From Hydrolagus affinis (lineage: Eukaryota): a DNA stretch of 64,000 bases. Shown in pieces: positions 60,837-64,000 of this stretch (the stretch's first letter is position 1; the number at the start of each line of letters is the position of its first letter). The stretch spans positions 62,001-126,000 of the forward strand of contig JAAILG010000004.1 in the NCBI GenBank assembly GCA_012026655.1, read 5' to 3'. A program made the translations under genes and the position numbers. The notes beneath the pieces were generated by a model. That model saw nothing but the letters and a program-made list of their open reading frames with translations. It was not told the DNA's origin and made no database searches.

Positions 60837-62114
60837 AAATTAAACTGACACCATTATAATTCTTGCATTTATATCTTTATAACATTGACCTATTGACACA
60901 GACTACCGAAAGATAAACCTATCAAGTAGTTGCTAGTAATAATAATACTTGCATTTGAGGCTAGTGCCTCTATCACATTGCCAAGACGTCTCAAATTTTT
61001 TTTACCGAGAAATGCAATGGGGGAAGAACAGTCAGCAAACAGCCTTGAAAGTGAGTGAAGAGTGAATGATTTTTTCAGGCGGTGGTGGTTGGTATGGGTA
61101 GTGGGGAGGGGGTGAGAGTCGGGGTTGTTTGGGTTATTAAAGGGAAAATCAAACAAATCAAAAGGGAGGCCTAGTCCTAAACAGCAGAGAGGAGCCACCA
61201 CACCAAACACCCACCTCCATAAAATAGTCAAAAGCTAATGACCAGGATGGAATTAATGCTCTCAATTGTACATGATTTGTGCCACCAAGAGCTACAACTC
61301 AGCTTAATCCTAGGTGAAAGTACGCGTGGAGCTGTAACTGGTTATCAATCATATTTTTATTGCCCATATTTTTACTTCCTCACCGTCTCCCTACCCCCAA
61401 AGGACAATAAACTGTTCTATTCGCGGTGAGGAAATGAGCCAATAACACATGAAACAATACGTGTTACAAAATGCCATTTCAGTACGGATCATTAGTGTGA
61501 TCTCGAGTTAAGGGCAGGGAGGTAAATCGTCAAGTGAATCAACAATAGCACTTGATGTGTTATTGTTGATCTTGAATTCAACTGAGGCTCATTTCCGTGG
61601 ACGTTAAGGATCCTAGTCCTAATGAGATGCAATTTGTAGCCCTAATTAGCCATGCTCGGCAGTGAATGGAATCATTAGGTGTATTATTCAGGGAATCAAA
61701 ATACTCTTGTGTCGTCTAATATAGTTCTGTGCTTCTGGTACATTAAGTTCCCGCTGTAGACATTAAAAGATAATTGATAACAGGGTTAAGGGTAATATGT
61801 GTACAGTCACATCAAAAGGGCATTTTATTTTCAAAATCATAATACAGTACTATGCCTTGTCACACTGTGATCTTTATGGTTTGTTCCAATGTTATAAAAG
61901 CAATAAATGATAAAAAATAATAATCTTTGCATTTCATATAAACCGTGCCTTTTTTGTGGATGGCAACACCCCCCCTATACTTGCCTTTGTATAGGGCCCT
62001 TTACCGGGTTAGCGTCCCAGAGCGCTTCTGAGGGACATATAATGATTAAGAAAAAAGACTGAATTTCCTACACCTTGTGATGGAATTGTTACAATTCGTG
62101 CTATTAATGTCAAT

Positions 62115-62490
62115 TGGATATCTCAAAGCTCTTCACAGGATTTATTATCAAGTGGAGTGACTGTGCATTTTGTAGATGATTGCTTCGCCCTCCACTTTCT
62201 CTTCTGCATTCACCAATAACACGTAACGTCTTAGAACATCTCAATCCACGGCTGTAAAGTGTAACATGCGTATTAGTAGGAGCACTGGCCGCCAATTTTC
62301 ACATCCCTTAAACAGCCATGAAATGAACTGCCAATTTCTTAAATATATATCTGGGGGAATTGTTGAGCGGGACACCAGTAGAGAAGCTCCCTTGTTTTTT
62401 TGAATAGCGCCATGCGATCTTCAACTTACATCTCAACAGGGCGACGGGGACCTTGTTTTAATATCTGACTGGAAGGATGGCACCTCTGCC
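62115..62490 (-). mobile_element. Old Deu-domain SINE
   Basis: GGACACCAG..GAAGCTCCC..AATAGCGCCATGCGATCTT..GACGGGGACCTTG..GGATGGCACCTCTG. Confidence 0.7.
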
Positions 62491-62566
62491 AACCAAGCGA
62501 GAAAACGCCAAGCGCAGCACATAGCCCATTGTTTGTGCTTTCAGTTACACATGTAAGTAAAGCGGT

Positions 62567-62877
62567 ACTCAGTGGTTAGAGCACTCGCCTTACAAGCGTG
62601 AGACCTGTGTTCGAATTCAAGCAGATCAGGACAAAACCTTGGGCAAATTTCCTTACTCCGCACGCCTAATAATAATCCGTCAAAAAAAAACACAATCGTA
62701 AAAATTGGTCATTCCAATCCACAATTGTTTGTGGGACGCTGCTGTGCACAATTGGCTGCCCTATTTCGCCCACAAATATACAGTCAATTCACTTTACAGT
62801 ATATTCTGTGAAGCGCTTTGAGATGTCGATAAGATGTGAAAAGCGCTATATCAAATGCAAGGATTACTATTATTATT
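62567..62877 (+). mobile_element. Young tRNA-SINE, near full length (TAC loop)
   Basis: CTCAGTGGTTAGAGCACTCGCCTTACAAG..GTTCGAATTC..perfect stem AGCGCTTT (62812-62819) / AAAGCGCT (62840-62847). Confidence 0.93.
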
Positions 62878-62981
62878 TCGCACGATTGCTGCCAAAGTGT
62901 TGAATGCTGTGTGATAAATGGTCTACCACAGCGTTTGTGATAACACTGCAGAAATGTGCTGGAATGTTTTGAGGAGAGATA

Positions 62982-63003
62982 AGAGAGAGAGAGAGAGAGA
63001 GAG
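62982..63003. repeat. (GA)n microsatellite
   Basis: About 10 GA units. Confidence 0.95.
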
Positions 63004-64000
63004 GTGGTGGGGAAAGAAGCCATGAACCGATGTATAAAAACAGTCTGAACTGGAGGCTGAATTGGACAGATTAAAGTGATTGATACCAAGGGAAAGCGGG
63101 ATATGTTCAGGGGGAGCAGATCGACATAGTAACAAAATAGGAGAGAGGGAATGTGGAAATCATTTTGAAGTCGGGCAAAGTGTTGGAAATCAGTTTCCTT
63201 GAACGGCTGAGCAAAATTATTTAACACCCAGACTGGTTCACAGAGGGGAGATTGCTGGCCCATCTGTTATTACTGAGATGATTGATTGCTGCTCCACAGG
63301 GAGGCATCGGAAGACGGGTTGCGATCACCGCCTGCACGAGACGTTCACAACAAAGTCCATCTGAGCACGTGGGAGGTCAGTGTTGACAACAGGCACTGGG
63401 GGACTTCTTATCCCTCAGTTCAGCGTGATTAGCTTAAATGGGAAGAGCTAAGCTTTCTGCAGCATTTACCCAGCATGTGTGCGCTTTGGGGCTGATGGGA
63501 CCTGCACGGTAGAGCCTGTAACTGGTGTGTAATATAGATTGAGAATAGCCAAGCCTCCCTCCTCCACACTCGGGTTCATTGGTAGTTATTTATCTCCGTC
63601 GATGGTTTGATGTTGATGTGGACGGCAATGCTGATGTTCAACTTGGCTCCTCGTCCATCATCACTGGCGCTGGGGTGAGGGATAGGCTAGGAAGGGTTGG
63701 AGGGAGGGAGGGAGGAAGGGAGGGAAGAAGGAAAGGAAGCGGAGAGAGAGGGGCCACCTCCAGCTTACTCCAAAATATCACGTGGAATGCAAGTTACTCA
63801 GTAACTTGGTTATGGATAAGAAGCAAATGAAGGAAAAAGCATGTTTAGACATTTCAATGTAATAAGAGAGTCACATCAAATGTGAGGCTTAGTATAATTA
63901 TTAATATTATTAAGATTACAGTTTAAATCACTCTGTACAGATCCTTTCTAAATGTTTATCAATAATGGGTGAGTCAGACCAATAACACTGCCATGTTATA

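Noticed and set aside
2005-62877. CRISPR-like or regularly spaced repeat array
   Set aside because: The repeats are dispersed, variably truncated retroposons in both orientations, with no constant repeat-spacer period, and the DNA is eukaryotic.
1-64000. ORFs of 60-186 aa in the six-frame track as genes
   Set aside because: They are short, many start at GTG/TTG, most overlap SINE, LINE or low-complexity DNA, and none has a host protein signature. Recurrent peptides (e.g. GHCCAQL..QFTLQYIL) are translations of the SINE.

Overview
Vertebrate nuclear DNA, most likely a cartilaginous fish (chimaera/elephant-shark-like). That assignment is inferred from the repeat content recalled from memory, not from a database hit. 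No complete or recognisable host protein-coding gene is visible. Nearly all ORFs in the six-frame track are short, fall in repeats or low-complexity DNA, and have no family signature; the only recognisable peptides are decayed L2 and CR1 LINE ORF2 fragments. The window looks like large-intron or gene-desert sequence. It contains about 30 copies of a young tRNA-derived SINE with an L2-type 3' tail, 15 or more copies of an older Deu-domain (SacSINE1/AmnSINE1-like) SINE, many 5'-truncated L2 and CR1 3' ends, and microsatellites. Between these lie unique islands that resemble conserved non-coding elements. Best leads: (1) an ancient ~300-bp tandem-duplicated non-coding module (22.3 kb vs 23.9 kb) preserved as islands of identity; (2) a 48-nt frame-preserving candidate cassette exon followed by four RBFOX GCATG motifs (31.6 kb); (3) a CpG-rich ETS/E-box/CCAAT promoter-like segment leading to ATG|GTGAGT on the minus strand (7.9-8.1 kb); (4) a ~240-bp degenerate palindrome (42.4 kb) and smaller hairpins; (5) modular evolution and stem covariation in the SINE/L2 system. 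I did not find a clearly novel multi-gene system. All exon and enhancer calls are hypotheses, and repeat boundaries are approximate (about +/-10-20 bp).
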